From: an uncultured virus (IMG/VR IMGVR_UViG_3300028577_000007)
Lineage: Duplodnaviria; Heunggongvirae; Uroviricota; Caudoviricetes
Length of the DNA: 64,000 nucleotides
Virus record (IMG/VR): IMGVR_UViG_3300028577_000007
Reading direction: 5' to 3' (one strand)
Shown here: positions 47,057 through 57,579 of the stretch, one piece after another
Position numbering within the stretch: position 1 is the stretch's first letter
Layout: each line of letters starts with the position of its first letter
Notes under the pieces: model-generated
The model's database searches: none
The model's input: the letters and a program-made list of their open reading frames with translations, nothing else
What the model was told of the DNA's origin: nothing
Translations under genes and position numbers: made by a program

Positions 47057-47548
47057 GGATACTGCTGGTCCTTTTTTTCTTCTAACGTTTCTGTGGATAG
47101 GCCGCGTAGAACGGCCAAAGTAAGATCCCGCCGAGCACCGCTTGGCAGACCGCCGGGTATCGCTGCCAAAACACTCGCGCCTGCACCAGCTCCGCGAGCT
47201 TCTGAAACTTCCGGAACCCGTGCTGCTCCGCGAGAAGTCGACGGGCGTGGTTGTGCGCGATACGGATTTCGCGCGGCGGGCGAAGACCGATCGAGTGCAT
47301 CGGCTCGAAGGTCGCGCTGAAGAGCAGGTTCAGGACGAGATCATCGCTCATGAGTCACCTCGTGAAGAGCCAGGTCAGCCCCAGCACGAACGGAGTCAGG
47401 TACCACGCTGCGATTTGCCACGGGCGCCAAGTAGTCGCACGGGCGTAGTACACCGGTAAACGGATCGGGATGTAGATCCACAAGATCACGGCACAGAACC
47501 CCAACATAGCCCAGCCCATCTTATGGTAGGCCTGAGCTTCCTCAGCGC

Positions 47549-48106
47549 TCATCGCCCCGTCACCCGTCGGAAGGAGTCAAGGACTTGGCTCACCTTGGCC
47601 AAGCGCTCGTCAAACGCCACAACGTCTCCGAGATCAAGCACCAGGAGCCCGCGGCTCCGCTCGATGATCGCGCCCAAGAGCAATTCATAGAGCTCGTGGT
47701 AGGCGCTCTCGGTCTTTCGTGCTCCGTCGTCGAGCTTCTGAAAGTCTCGCTTCCATACCCGAACAATGAAGTCGTACCGCTCAGCCGAGCGCGTGTACGT
47801 CGTGACAGCGTCATCCTCCAGTTGATCGGCCATATGGAGCGCCGAGTAGGTGAGGTTGTCGAGAGTCGTTCTGTCCGTGACGAAGGCGTCGTGGGCGCGC
47901 TCCCAGTCACGCTTCGTCTCGAAGAGGCGCCTCTGGAACTCCCCCCGCTTGCCCGCAGCGTCGACATCGTACGGGTTCTGAAAACCCATCTCGAGCGCGA
48001 CGCCGCGGGCCCCGATGGGGTTCAGGGGGAGGGAGTACTTCTCAGAGATCGCGCGAGCGAGCGTGGTCTTACCCGTGCCTGACGCGCCTGCGATTGCGAT
48101 TCTCAT
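47549..48106 (-). CDS. P-loop nucleotide kinase-like protein
   Basis: MRIAIAGASGTGKTTLA...VTDRTTLD; start ATG 48106. Confidence 0.8.
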   Translation of the reverse strand: MRIAIAGASGTGKTTLARAISEKYSLPLNPIGARGVALEMGFQNPYDVDAAGKRGEFQRRLFETKRDWERAHDAFVTDRTTLDNLTYSALHMADQLEDDAVTTYTRSAERYDFIVRVWKRDFQKLDDGARKTESAYHELYELLLGAIIERSRGLLVLDLGDVVAFDERLAKVSQVLDSFRRVTGR

Positions 48107-48302
48107 CTTGGTTAACCTCGTAGCCTCGGCATCACGACCTTGCGTCCGTCCTCGAGCCAGTACTCGCCCTTCAGTCGATCGACGCGCGTGACCTGGACGC
48201 CGTCTACTTCGTGCCCGATGTCGGGAAGGAGCGGTACCGCATAATTGAGCTTCTGCCAGTTCTCCCTGAGCCACCGATCTTTGACAGAGTCACTGGGCGC
48301 GC

Positions 48303-49217
48303 TCACAGCTCACGCCCTAACCATCCAACGCCGCATTCTTCTGCCCACTCGGCACACGTCTTCGTTTCCATGTTCTCTCCGTCCATGTCGCCGAGCTCGA
48401 ACTCCTCCTCGTCAGGAAGCTGCCGGGGTTCAGGGCGCTCGTCACCTTCTTCGTGGTACTCGAGCCACTCCTCGATCGCGGCATCGCAGCTCGACGCCAC
48501 GAACCAATCGAACGTCTCGTCAAACCGGTAAACGTGTAACTCACTCAACGCGAGCGATCCCTCACTCGCCGCAGCGCTTGCCCGCATGTCCGCGAGCGCC
48601 GCTTCATTCGAGGCGAAGAAGTCCGGGACGCGGCCGGTGCTCACGTGATAGATGACGGCGCCAGCGAGCCACGACCCGAACACGTCCTCTAGCTCGCGAC
48701 CCATCGGGTGCAGCGCAATCGCGCTACCAGCTCGGCAATGCGTCGTCCCGCACGCCTCGTGGCAGTGGTAGCTACTCATATCGAACCCGAACAACCTCCG
48801 CTTCTCCACGGCGTCGAGAATGGTCGCGTCAAGTTGATCGATTGGCGCGAGGCGGGCGCCGAGCAGCGCGATCAGGTCGGTGACGACAGCGGATCGAGAG
48901 GCGAGCGGGAAACTCGCCCAAGCTACGCACCATGCGAACCCGAAGTGGAGGGCGCGGGCGAAGTAGAGGGCGTCGGCGAGGTCGGCGTCAAGGACGCGGG
49001 CAATAGCGAGACCGCGGATGGATTCCTTAATGGATTCCTGCCACTGCTCTATGCCGGGTTCGTCATCAGCAATGCGCCGATCGTACATGGATGCCAGCGC
49101 TTCGATCACTGGGTGATCCACTAACCTGTGCTGCAATGTCCACGCGACAAGTCGGTCGCTGACGCGGGTCAACGGTTCGTGGGGTGGAGCTTCGGGAGGG
49201 AGGAGATCGTCGATCAT
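48303..49217 (-). CDS. Hypothetical protein
   Basis: 304 aa; CGTTHCRAG motif. Confidence 0.6.
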   Translation of the reverse strand: MIDDLLPPEAPPHEPLTRVSDRLVAWTLQHRLVDHPVIEALASMYDRRIADDEPGIEQWQESIKESIRGLAIARVLDADLADALYFARALHFGFAWCVAWASFPLASRSAVVTDLIALLGARLAPIDQLDATILDAVEKRRLFGFDMSSYHCHEACGTTHCRAGSAIALHPMGRELEDVFGSWLAGAVIYHVSTGRVPDFFASNEAALADMRASAAASEGSLALSELHVYRFDETFDWFVASSCDAAIEEWLEYHEEGDERPEPRQLPDEEEFELGDMDGENMETKTCAEWAEECGVGWLGREL

Positions 49218-49220
49218 GGT

Positions 49221-50147
49221 TCAAACCCTGAGTACGTATGCCCCTAAGAAATCTTCCTTCGCGGGCATCGTGCTGGCGATGATCGTCGCGCGACCCTGAT
49301 CTCGTCGGCGCTCATAGAGCCACACGACTTCTTTCCTGGCGTAGGACCCAGGTTTGATGGATTCCGGATCCACCGCGTCGAGCAGGAGCACATCGACATC
49401 GACCAGCGCCAAAAACGGCGATTGTTCCTTCACCGTCATGGCGTTCATGGCGACGCGCACGAGCTCGGGCACGTTCACGGATCGGTAGGTGCCGCTCGGG
49501 AAGTTCTTCATCGCCGATCGGAGGAGAGCCGCCGCGTACTCGCGGGCGAGGCTGCCCTCGATGAGCACTTGGAGATTGGCGGGCGAGCGCTGACCCCGCC
49601 CCGAGCCAATAAACCCATCAAACACCCTCACCACCTCGGGCGGCGGCACATCGCTGATCCCGTGGAGCTTCATTCGACACAAGCGCTTGTCGACGCCCAC
49701 GCTCTCGAGCCGACGGGCCAGATAGAAGTCGATGTAACGCCGACACCACTTCACCTCCTCTGTAATTTGACTCGGCTCCTGAAGAGCCAGCCGGGTCAAT
49801 AACCCCTCCGGGAGCCGCTCCTGACTGCCGGCGCAAAATGCCCCATCGGTGGGGCATTTTGCACATTCACGCAAACGAGCCTCATGTCCGACCCAGAACG
49901 CCCGCGTCTCACTCAGGACCAACGATTCCATTACTACAGGATCAGTCGTGATCAATGTGAGGCTCGTTTGACTGCGCGGGCACTGTGCCGATAGCCACTC
50001 GAGAGCCCCGCCGGCCAGCCGGATCTCCTCCCGGAACCCTTCCCTGAGCACCTGGTAGCGCTCCCGGAGCACCGAGTGAGCGATCAGCAGCTCCGCGTCC
50101 TCGCTTTCCGTTTCCGTGACTGGCCCGCTGTCCGGTGCGATGTTCAT
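49221..50147 (-). CDS. DnaC/IstB-like helicase loader with degenerate Walker A
   Basis: CxxC..C Zn region, DVDVLLLD Walker B, LYERR...ATIIAST; follows the initiator. Confidence 0.6.
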   Translation of the reverse strand: MNIAPDSGPVTETESEDAELLIAHSVLRERYQVLREGFREEIRLAGGALEWLSAQCPRSQTSLTLITTDPVVMESLVLSETRAFWVGHEARLRECAKCPTDGAFCAGSQERLPEGLLTRLALQEPSQITEEVKWCRRYIDFYLARRLESVGVDKRLCRMKLHGISDVPPPEVVRVFDGFIGSGRGQRSPANLQVLIEGSLAREYAAALLRSAMKNFPSGTYRSVNVPELVRVAMNAMTVKEQSPFLALVDVDVLLLDAVDPESIKPGSYARKEVVWLYERRRDQGRATIIASTMPAKEDFLGAYVLRV

Positions 50148-50847
50148 TTGCCGATAAATCCTCGTTTTGTTGTAACCCTTCCGACCCTTCCAACCCTTCG
50201 GAGGGTTTAGATGGTTGCAAGGGTTGCAACAGTGTATCTGTACCAGTACCTGTACCAGTACCTGTACCTGTCTTCTCTTCCGGATCTCCGAGATCAAAAA
50301 TATGATCTATTTTTTTCTCTGACTCAGAGGGAATGGTTGGAAGGGTTTCAACCCTTGTAACCGTTCGGTTATTGACCCAACCACTGACGCGGTACTCCGC
50401 AGGGTCAATATCCGGGCGGATCTGGCCAAAACTGCTCAAGTACGCTTGCGCCGCAGCATCTTTTTGCTTCGCTAGCCGCCAAAGCGAATCCAAGTGGTCG
50501 AATTTTATCTGAGCATTCGGGAGTTTATCCCAAGTGCGGCGCCAGCCGATGATCATGTTCGCGTTCGGGACCGGATGGTGCCGGTAGCACTTCGGGAGCC
50601 GGAGGAGGTTCGAGGCGGCGTCAAAAATGGCCAGCCCTCGCTCCAGGATGGCCTCAAAAGCGTTTTCGACCTCGTCCTTGGGGTAGCACCGCAGGGGATG
50701 GTAAAACGCGCTAGGAGCCGCCCTGTAGAGCCCGGGCAGGTTGGTGATCTGCGGACCCGAAATCATGCAGTTGAACAAAAGCACCCCAGCCGGGGGCAGG
50801 CTGAAGACCTTGTCGTCGTCCCAAAACTGCGGGGCAATATTCCCCAT
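49942..50847 (-). CDS. Phage replication initiator-like protein
   Basis: IAPQFWDDDKV..L...LLF..MISGP...PGLY N-terminal pattern; TGTGTG linker; lambda O/P-like order with loader. Confidence 0.65.
   Translation of the reverse strand: MGNIAPQFWDDDKVFSLPPAGVLLFNCMISGPQITNLPGLYRAAPSAFYHPLRCYPKDEVENAFEAILERGLAIFDAASNLLRLPKCYRHHPVPNANMIIGWRRTWDKLPNAQIKFDHLDSLWRLAKQKDAAAQAYLSSFGQIRPDIDPAEYRVSGWVNNRTVTRVETLPTIPSESEKKIDHIFDLGDPEEKTGTGTGTGTGTDTLLQPLQPSKPSEGLEGSEGLQQNEDLSANEHRTGQRASHGNGKRGRGAADRSLGAPGALPGAQGRVPGGDPAGRRGSRVAIGTVPAQSNEPHIDHD
50170..50370. repeat. Iteron-like ACCCTT/AAGGGT repeats, 12-nt tandem repeat and AT-rich tract (putative origin)
   Basis: acccttc x3, aagggttgc, aagggtttcaaccctt; tgtaccagtacc x2.5; AT-rich 50293-50320. 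Confidence 0.5.
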
Positions 50848-50850
50848 GGG

Positions 50851-51093
50851 TCAACCTACTTTGCGGGTGAGTAGGTGTTCCAGTTTGGACGCAAAGGGCG
50901 ACTCGTCGCCCATGACCGCCTGGTCAGCGATCCGGATCAGCTTCCGGAGCGTGTCGGGGATCTTCAGCTTCTCGAAATCCGCCAAGCGGACGAGCGCCGC
51001 GTAGTGGTCAGGATCGAGCCTGAAGGTCACGTTCTTGAGGCAATTTTCAGAGGCTTCGTCGTCTTCGAGCGCGTCGCGATTGGGGTGATTCAT
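50851..51093 (-). CDS. CopG/RHH-like regulator
   Basis: VTFRLDPDHYAALVRLA...PDTLRKLI; directly upstream of the initiator. Confidence 0.6.
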   Translation of the reverse strand: MNHPNRDALEDDEASENCLKNVTFRLDPDHYAALVRLADFEKLKIPDTLRKLIRIADQAVMGDESPFASKLEHLLTRKVG

Positions 51094-51463
51094 GCGGAGC
51101 CATGAGTACTAGTCCGACTCCGATCCGACGTGCAACAGAATTGCGGCAGAATTGTTGTCACTTGACATTAAATTCAGTGTCTTGACTCCGCTCTACAAAT
51201 CTCGGATCGCGGCTCAGTCAGTGGTGCAGAGCTCGAAAGATCGAGATGATCCCGCTCGCTATCAGGAGCACCGTGATCGTCACGATCGCTCCCGCTTGAA
51301 ACCCCGCCCATATGGCGCGCCCGACTCGGAAGTGGAGCTCGATCGCTTGCTCCTCGCTGAGCCCAAACTCTCGCATGAGCTCGCCATGGTCCATCCGTGA
51401 GACGATCTTCCGGCACCTGCTTACTGAAGCTCACTGGGCTTCGTCCTCGGCCCGCAGCGCCGC

Positions 51464-52168
51464 TTACAGCTCCCCCACGAACCCCCAGCTCGCCTTGGCG
51501 TGATCCGCAACTGTAAAGATAGGATCCACGTCGGCGTTCTTAGCGACGAGGTCGCGCACGCGATCGAGTAGGGGCTGGATCTCGTAGGAAGTCTCGAGTG
51601 CTAGATCGCTCAGCATGGAGCGATGCTGCGAGCGGACCGAATTCTGGAGCAACGCTGAGACACTGTAACCCTCGCCGATTGCCTTACCGAGGTAGCTCAA
51701 GCGCGTGACGAGGATCATCTCAGCGTGCGAGAGCTTGGGTGGAGTCGCGAGCGCGGCGCCTCCAGCTTTCAGCAGCTTCGATCCGTCCTTGCACACGGGG
51801 CAGTGGTCATATTGATCGGTCACGATCCACCCGACCGCCTCGGCAACCTTGATTGCCTTCCGCTCCGAGCTCGCCCCGGGCGACTTCAGCTTGCATCGGT
51901 CGCATTGCACGCTGTGTTGGCAATCAGAGCCCTCTTCCTGAAAGTAGACTTTGGCCAGATCCAAGATGTGATCGCCGAGGTCGCGACTTTGCTCTCGCGC
52001 TGAATTAACGATGCGGGTGACGAGCGCGTCGGTACCGCGTGTGAGCGCCGTCACCTTCGACTCGAGCGGCGTGTCGCTTGGAGCGCCGACCCGGAGACGC
52101 TCGAGGCTCGGGCCTGCTTTCGTGGTGGAGATGATCTTTAGCTTTGGTTTTTTCTTCTTACTTGGCAT
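51464..52168 (-). CDS. Hypothetical Zn-finger protein
   Basis: QCDRC...GW....DHCPVC. Confidence 0.55.
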   Translation of the reverse strand: MPSKKKKPKLKIISTTKAGPSLERLRVGAPSDTPLESKVTALTRGTDALVTRIVNSAREQSRDLGDHILDLAKVYFQEEGSDCQHSVQCDRCKLKSPGASSERKAIKVAEAVGWIVTDQYDHCPVCKDGSKLLKAGGAALATPPKLSHAEMILVTRLSYLGKAIGEGYSVSALLQNSVRSQHRSMLSDLALETSYEIQPLLDRVRDLVAKNADVDPIFTVADHAKASWGFVGEL

Positions 52169-53401
52169 GAGCTGGTTCGTCCTGTCGTACTCGCGTCGCG
52201 CACTCGGCGCACAGATCGGGGTAATCGTCGCTGCCGCCTTGGCACCAGCAGACTTCGTCGGCGCACAGCTCGCACCGAAAGGTCTGATCTGGCCTGAAGC
52301 CGCATCGCACCTGGCCCGAGACGCACTCGCGCCAGGGCGGCGGCAGGGGGCCCGGGATGGTGCTCATTGTATCCTGGCGAACGCCATGCAGCGGCGTGAT
52401 GTCATTTGTGTGAGCCCGCCGCTGACACGATCACATTGACTACCGGCGCGGGGATCACGAGTGATGGTGGGGCCTGTACGTTCACAATAGGCGCTGGGAT
52501 TACGACGGGAGCTAGCGGCTTATCTGGTTTCCAGATCTTGTAGACCGGCAAAGCGCATTGACCTAGTCCGCTAAGTGACGCGATCACGGCCATCGCCAGA
52601 GACCATCTCGCCATCGAAATTGCTCGATCGCGTTCACCTTCTGCTTGCTCAAGCAGAAGCTGATTTGACAGTCGAACGACCTCATTCTCAGCCACTCGCA
52701 GCTCCATTTCGAGCGCGCCGACATTCGCAAGAGACTCTTGACGGAAGCCTTCGTCGACTCCGACCCTTGGAGCGTTTGCGCTCAGCCGAGCGAGCGCGCG
52801 TTGCCGCCCAGGTGGCGATATCTTCCATGGTTCCCGTGCGGGAGATCAATCGGTCGTAAGATTGTCTGCAAGCCCGACACCACTGCCTGAGGTAGCCGCG
52901 GATCGAGGGACGCGCGCAGATTTTACAGTTCGCCATTACTAACCCACTCGAACGTGTTCCTGAACTGATCCTCTGCCGTTGCACAAACGTGCACCCTCTC
53001 CACGTCGTCCTCGCGACGCGCTACTACAGCAGTATCGGAGACGACGAAGATCTCGCCTGTGAATCGATGCTTCCAACGCGAACCATTTAAAATCGGGGTG
53101 CAGCCACTGCCCCAGCCGCGGCGCCGAAGGCGCTCAGGGAGCGTTTCAGGGTGAATCGGATCGTTCCGCTGTGACCCGAGGCCTTCGCTCGTGGGCGCCC
53201 CGCTCGGGGCAGCGCTCGCGTTCCGGAACCCCGGTAAGAATTGCACGCCGACGGTGCACTCGATAGCGGGCCTCCAGGTGAGGCCGCAGCTCTGGCAGGA
53301 GTGCGTATGGTGCGGCTTCGTTGCAAATTCCCCTTCGTCGATGTGGAGCTCGCCGCACGCCTCGCAGCAGAGGCGCATGGGGATGGGAGGTTTGTCGTCC
53401 G

Positions 53402-54568
53402 TCATTTTCTTGGCTTCACGTGGATCTCGCCGACTGGCGTAATCGGTACGAGGATGATGCAGAGGGTCTCGTTCCGGAGGCAGAGGGTTTGCTGCCCGTT
53501 GATGGCGTCGTAGTACAGATCGAGCTCGGCGGGGGAGAAGCTTCGGAGTGCTTGGGACAGGAGACCGCCGTCGATGTGGAGCCGGAACGCCGATCCGTCC
53601 TCGGGCGCCTCGATGAGGGGGAGATCGTCCTCGCCAAAGTTGCGCTCGCTCTTTCGCGTCGAGACGACGCACCCGGCCGTCTTCTCGTACGCGATGTCGA
53701 TCTGCACGAAGCGTTCGGCGCCTTCGACGAAGTCGGCGGCCACGCTGACCGCGCGCACGCTTTCCAGAAAGCGGTCGCTACTGACTTTGAAGCGCTTCAC
53801 CTGGGGGATGTGCTCGAGCATGAGCTTCCAGACCGCCGGGAAGGTCGTGGCGAGCCGCAGGGCAAGGATGAGCGTCTCGCCGTTCTTGGTCGCGACGCCG
53901 ATCTTTTGTTCGTCCATGCTGATGACGAGCTCGGTGGTGTCACTCGAGAGCGCGCCCACAGCGTCGAGGAGGTTCGTGGGGAGGAGGCACTCCTGCCTCT
54001 GGCTCGCCGCCGTAAACCAACCGGTCGCAACGGCCATCTGGCGGCTCGACATGGAGACGCAGCGAAACTTCAATCCGTCCGGATCGGGCGAGAGCAAGAT
54101 CCCGTCCGTGTAGGCCTTGTCCACCCCGAACCGCACCTCATCGCAAGCCTGCTGCAAGATCTTCGTCTCGATGGAGTAGAGCGCCTCCCCAGCGGTCGCT
54201 CCCGAGATCTCCGGAAAGTCGGCGGGGTCGGCGCCCGTCATCGTGAATTTCCGCTTCCCCGAGCTCCCTCGGAAGCTGACCTGGAAGCGGTCGTTTACGG
54301 TGATTTCGATGGAGCCGAGGGGCAACTCGGTGACGATGGCGGAGAGGCGGCGGTGGTTCAGGAGCGCGCGACCGGGCTTCCTCACCTCGCCATGGGCTTG
54401 GCAGATGACGGCGAGCGGACCGCTACTACCGGTAATAACGAGGGGCTGTTTCGCTTCGGTGACGATGAGCACCGATTGGCGGAAGGCGAGCATGTCGCTC
54501 GGGTTGATGGCGGCTCCGGCGCGCTTGAGCGTGGACAGGAATTCTTGGCGGTCGATGGCAAATTGCAT
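53402..54568 (-). CDS. dnaN: DNA polymerase III beta sliding clamp
   Basis: 388 aa; MQFAIDRQEFL, ELPLGSIEI, ADFPEI, FP.VWKL, LLSQALR, ILVPI. Confidence 0.85.
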   Translation of the reverse strand: MQFAIDRQEFLSTLKRAGAAINPSDMLAFRQSVLIVTEAKQPLVITGSSGPLAVICQAHGEVRKPGRALLNHRRLSAIVTELPLGSIEITVNDRFQVSFRGSSGKRKFTMTGADPADFPEISGATAGEALYSIETKILQQACDEVRFGVDKAYTDGILLSPDPDGLKFRCVSMSSRQMAVATGWFTAASQRQECLLPTNLLDAVGALSSDTTELVISMDEQKIGVATKNGETLILALRLATTFPAVWKLMLEHIPQVKRFKVSSDRFLESVRAVSVAADFVEGAERFVQIDIAYEKTAGCVVSTRKSERNFGEDDLPLIEAPEDGSAFRLHIDGGLLSQALRSFSPAELDLYYDAINGQQTLCLRNETLCIILVPITPVGEIHVKPRK

Positions 54569-54578
54569 GGAGTCCTTT

Positions 54579-55100
54579 TTAGGTGGATAGGTCGGGAAGC
54601 GATCGGCGATCGATGATCTGGTAGCCGCCGTCCTTCATCAGGACGACGCCATCGCCGGAGGGGTTGATATGGGCGCGTACGGCGGCGTCGCCCGGCCATT
54701 TGCTTTGGGCATAAGCGAGGAAGCGCTTCTCGAGAGCTGCCCGCTCGGCCCAATAGGCGCGGTAGTACTCGGCGTGCTCGACGGAGCAAAACAGATCATC
54801 GCCGTCGCGATAGAAGCCGGGGTCCGAAGAGCCCACGCGCTTATCGCAGTGACTGCACGAGAACGACCAACCGTCGTCGAGGCACCACGAGAGCAGATCG
54901 CCTTCGAAATGATCGAGCTTCGGGAAGCGTCTACACTCGACGCTGTCCCAGTCGCTATCGAGGCAGTCTGCGCCGTACCGGCGCGCTTCGGCATGGAAGC
55001 GGGCCCACACGAAGATGCTCATCCCTTCGTAGTCCAGGGTCACGATGAAGCACTTGTCGGCTTCTGGGTGGGCGAGGTAACCGAGCTCCATCACGGGCAT
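54579..55100 (-). CDS. Hypothetical protein with Cys motifs
   Basis: GWSFSCSHC...LFCSVEH. Confidence 0.55.
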   Translation of the reverse strand: MPVMELGYLAHPEADKCFIVTLDYEGMSIFVWARFHAEARRYGADCLDSDWDSVECRRFPKLDHFEGDLLSWCLDDGWSFSCSHCDKRVGSSDPGFYRDGDDLFCSVEHAEYYRAYWAERAALEKRFLAYAQSKWPGDAAVRAHINPSGDGVVLMKDGGYQIIDRRSLPDLST

Positions 55101-56265
55101 GGGATCGGTACTCCTTTCAGCTCGCGCGAATACCGGCGAGGGTGCAGAGCTCGCAAGAGCGCGACCCCCGGAACGCTCACGTGATAGTAACGCAGCGCGC
55201 CCGGCACCTTACGCCCCGGCACCGCTAAGAATAGCTCGCAGAGCAGCTCCCACTCAGCGAACGAATCGTCCGCCGCGGCGTAGTGGTTGCGATGCCCGTG
55301 GTCACCGACAGCGTGCTCCAAGAGACGAAGCAGATCGACGCCGTTGTAGGACGCGGTCATGGGGCCGCCTGAGAGATGTCGAGCAAGATCGCCTGGTGCT
55401 GCGCTTCGCTCATTTCCTTGCCGATGCGGATCGCAGCCATGAGCGCGTTGACGTAAGCGGCTGGGAGGTCACCGTCTTGGAGTTTACCGAGAGCGAAGCA
55501 GAGATCTTTCTCGGCGTCCCGCCGCGCGAGATCGCGCTTGATCCACGACGAACCGAGTCGCGCGGCCTTCGATGCTTGGACACGTTTCATCGCGCCGCCC
55601 GTGGCACGAACACCCTCAACTTCGAGCGGCACCCTTCGCACACGCCAGCGCCGATGAGCTTTCCAGTCCCCTCTGGCCGGTAACCAGTCTCCCATTCCAC
55701 CCCGTGTCCCTTCATGCAGAACATGCAACTCAGCTGGTCTTCCTGTGGACCAGCCTCTTGCTTCACGAGGTGCAGCGTTAGGGATAGCGTGGCCGCTTGC
55801 TCCTTGGGAGCAGGATCGGGCCCGGGCTCGGGCGGAGCCGCCTGCGGGTGAAGATTGAAGTGGTTCAGGAGCCAACCCTCACCCTGCTCGATGTAGTAGT
55901 CGCCGCTTTGCCCGAGCGCTCCGGCGCATTCGCGAATGACCGCGTCGCGAAAGAGTTGGCGCTGCCGCGTGCGGTGCTCCGCGAGAAAGTCTCGCGCGTA
56001 GAAGCCGTCGCCGGCGTTCGCGTGCATGTCGCCATCGTGGCCCCAGGGGAGCTCGCAGGCGCCGACGTTGTACGATGGGATACCGCAGAGACGGTCGGTC
56101 ATGGGACTGGGTCACCTTTCTTGTCGGGTCTGGTCGCAAGGAGCGCGTCCGCCGCGGCCTCGTATTCTTGGCGCCGGCGCTCGGGTAAACGGAGCCACAG
56201 GTTTTCCTTAGGCTCGCGCTCGATCTCGTGGGTGCGAAGGAGGCGAAACAAAAACTCCCCCGGGG

Positions 56266-56622
56266 TCATTGAGTCTCGTTACTGAGCGGAGCGCTCGCTT
56301 CCCAAGCGAGCTTGAACTCTTCCGAGTAGCCGCGCTCCGTGCGACACATCGCGCGCACGTCCTCCCGCATCTGCCCCGCCGCGTAGGACAAGTCGTCCCG
56401 ACCAAGCGCCAGCACCGCGATCGAGTGGCAGCTCCGGATCCGCTCACACTTCTGGCAGAGCACATACCTCGACCACTTGCCGCGGTCGAAGGTGTTCAGG
56501 AACATATATCGGTGCCCGGGCTCGATGGGCACGGTGCACTCAGCGCAAGCGTGCTCGCGGCGCGCTGTGTGGCGGTGCACCGTGCCAGGGCGCTTCTCGG
56601 GCGACGTGGGGTCGCTCATCAA
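56266..56622 (-). CDS. Zn-binding hypothetical protein, paralog A
   Basis: ARREHACAEC..IEPGHRY...CQKC. Confidence 0.65.
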   Translation of the reverse strand: MMSDPTSPEKRPGTVHRHTARREHACAECTVPIEPGHRYMFLNTFDRGKWSRYVLCQKCERIRSCHSIAVLALGRDDLSYAAGQMREDVRAMCRTERGYSEEFKLAWEASAPLSNETQ

Positions 56623-56999
56623 AGCACCGTCGAATATCGACCGAAGCCTAGGGGCTTTGGTTTCTGCGGGACCGGCTCACCCTTCCACGCCGCCCGGAAC
56701 GCGACCAAGTAGTGCGGCTCTTCACGGATGCACTCCTTGATCTGGCTCAAGAGCTCACCCACGTAGTAGCTCGAGTCTCCTCCCATGGACCGCTCTGCCG
56801 CCATGTGAGCCCTCTCGACGCGGTGGCACTTCAGGCACTGCGCCCAGTCGCTGACGCTGCCATCGGTCTTCGAGACGCACCGGAAGTAGTGCTCACCCGG
56901 CTTGATGGGGCACCGGCACTCGCGGCACCAGTGCGCCTTCCGGGCCTTCCGCCGGATCTCGCTCGACCACTCGACCTCCCAGTCTGTTCCTTCGCACAT
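56619..56999 (-). CDS. Zn-binding hypothetical protein, paralog B
   Basis: ARKAHWCREC..IKPGEHY...CLKC. Confidence 0.65.
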   Translation of the reverse strand: MCEGTDWEVEWSSEIRRKARKAHWCRECRCPIKPGEHYFRCVSKTDGSVSDWAQCLKCHRVERAHMAAERSMGGDSSYYVGELLSQIKECIREEPHYLVAFRAAWKGEPVPQKPKPLGFGRYSTVL

Positions 57000-57382
57000 G
57001 GGTTACTCCTCCTCCGTGGACGCGAGGTAACCCGCGCCAAACTGCTCCAGTATGTCAGCGACCGTGAGCGATCTGACCTCGCAGCAAGAGAAGTCGACGC
57101 TTCGCACCTGGTCGTTTTTGCCAAAGAACACGCAGAGCGGGCGCGGGTTAGCGGGAGGTCGCGTAAACCCCGGAGGGCGCTTAGGTGTAGTCATTGCGCA
57201 CTCCTCGCCGAGGAGGGCTCCGGTAGCGGCAGCATGGTCCCGGGATCGATGCCCAGGCCGCAATAGGTCGTGACCGAGCCCCGGCCAGCGTTGGGGATGT
57301 GGGTTTTCTTTGCCATGGGTACAGGTACCTACGCGCGCTCTCGCGGGGAGCTTCCCTGGAAAACGATCCGTGAGATAGCGCG

Positions 57383-57412
57383 TTGACAGCTCCCAGATAG
57401 CAGTGGTAGCGT
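57383..57412 (+). promoter_or_regulatory. Sigma70-like promoter at the strand switch (TTGACA-N18-TAGCGT)
   Basis: Consensus -35 and extended -10; lies where minus-strand genes end and plus-strand genes start. Confidence 0.55.
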
Positions 57413-57579
57413 CCGTCGTCGAGATGAAATTATACCCGACTCCGCTCCCGCCGCCGCTTTCCCGGGGAACGCCTGCGCTCCACAGGCAGCGGACGCTGGT
57501 TGAGCGCGCGGACCACCGTTCAAGCTGAGGATATTGACTGGCTACGGCCGGAGGAAGATCCGGCGTCGCCCAGTCGTAG

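Noticed and set aside
47549..48106. P-loop protein as the genome-packaging ATPase
   Set aside because: Short kinase-type fold (DR motif) next to thyX; lacks FtsK/A32 features
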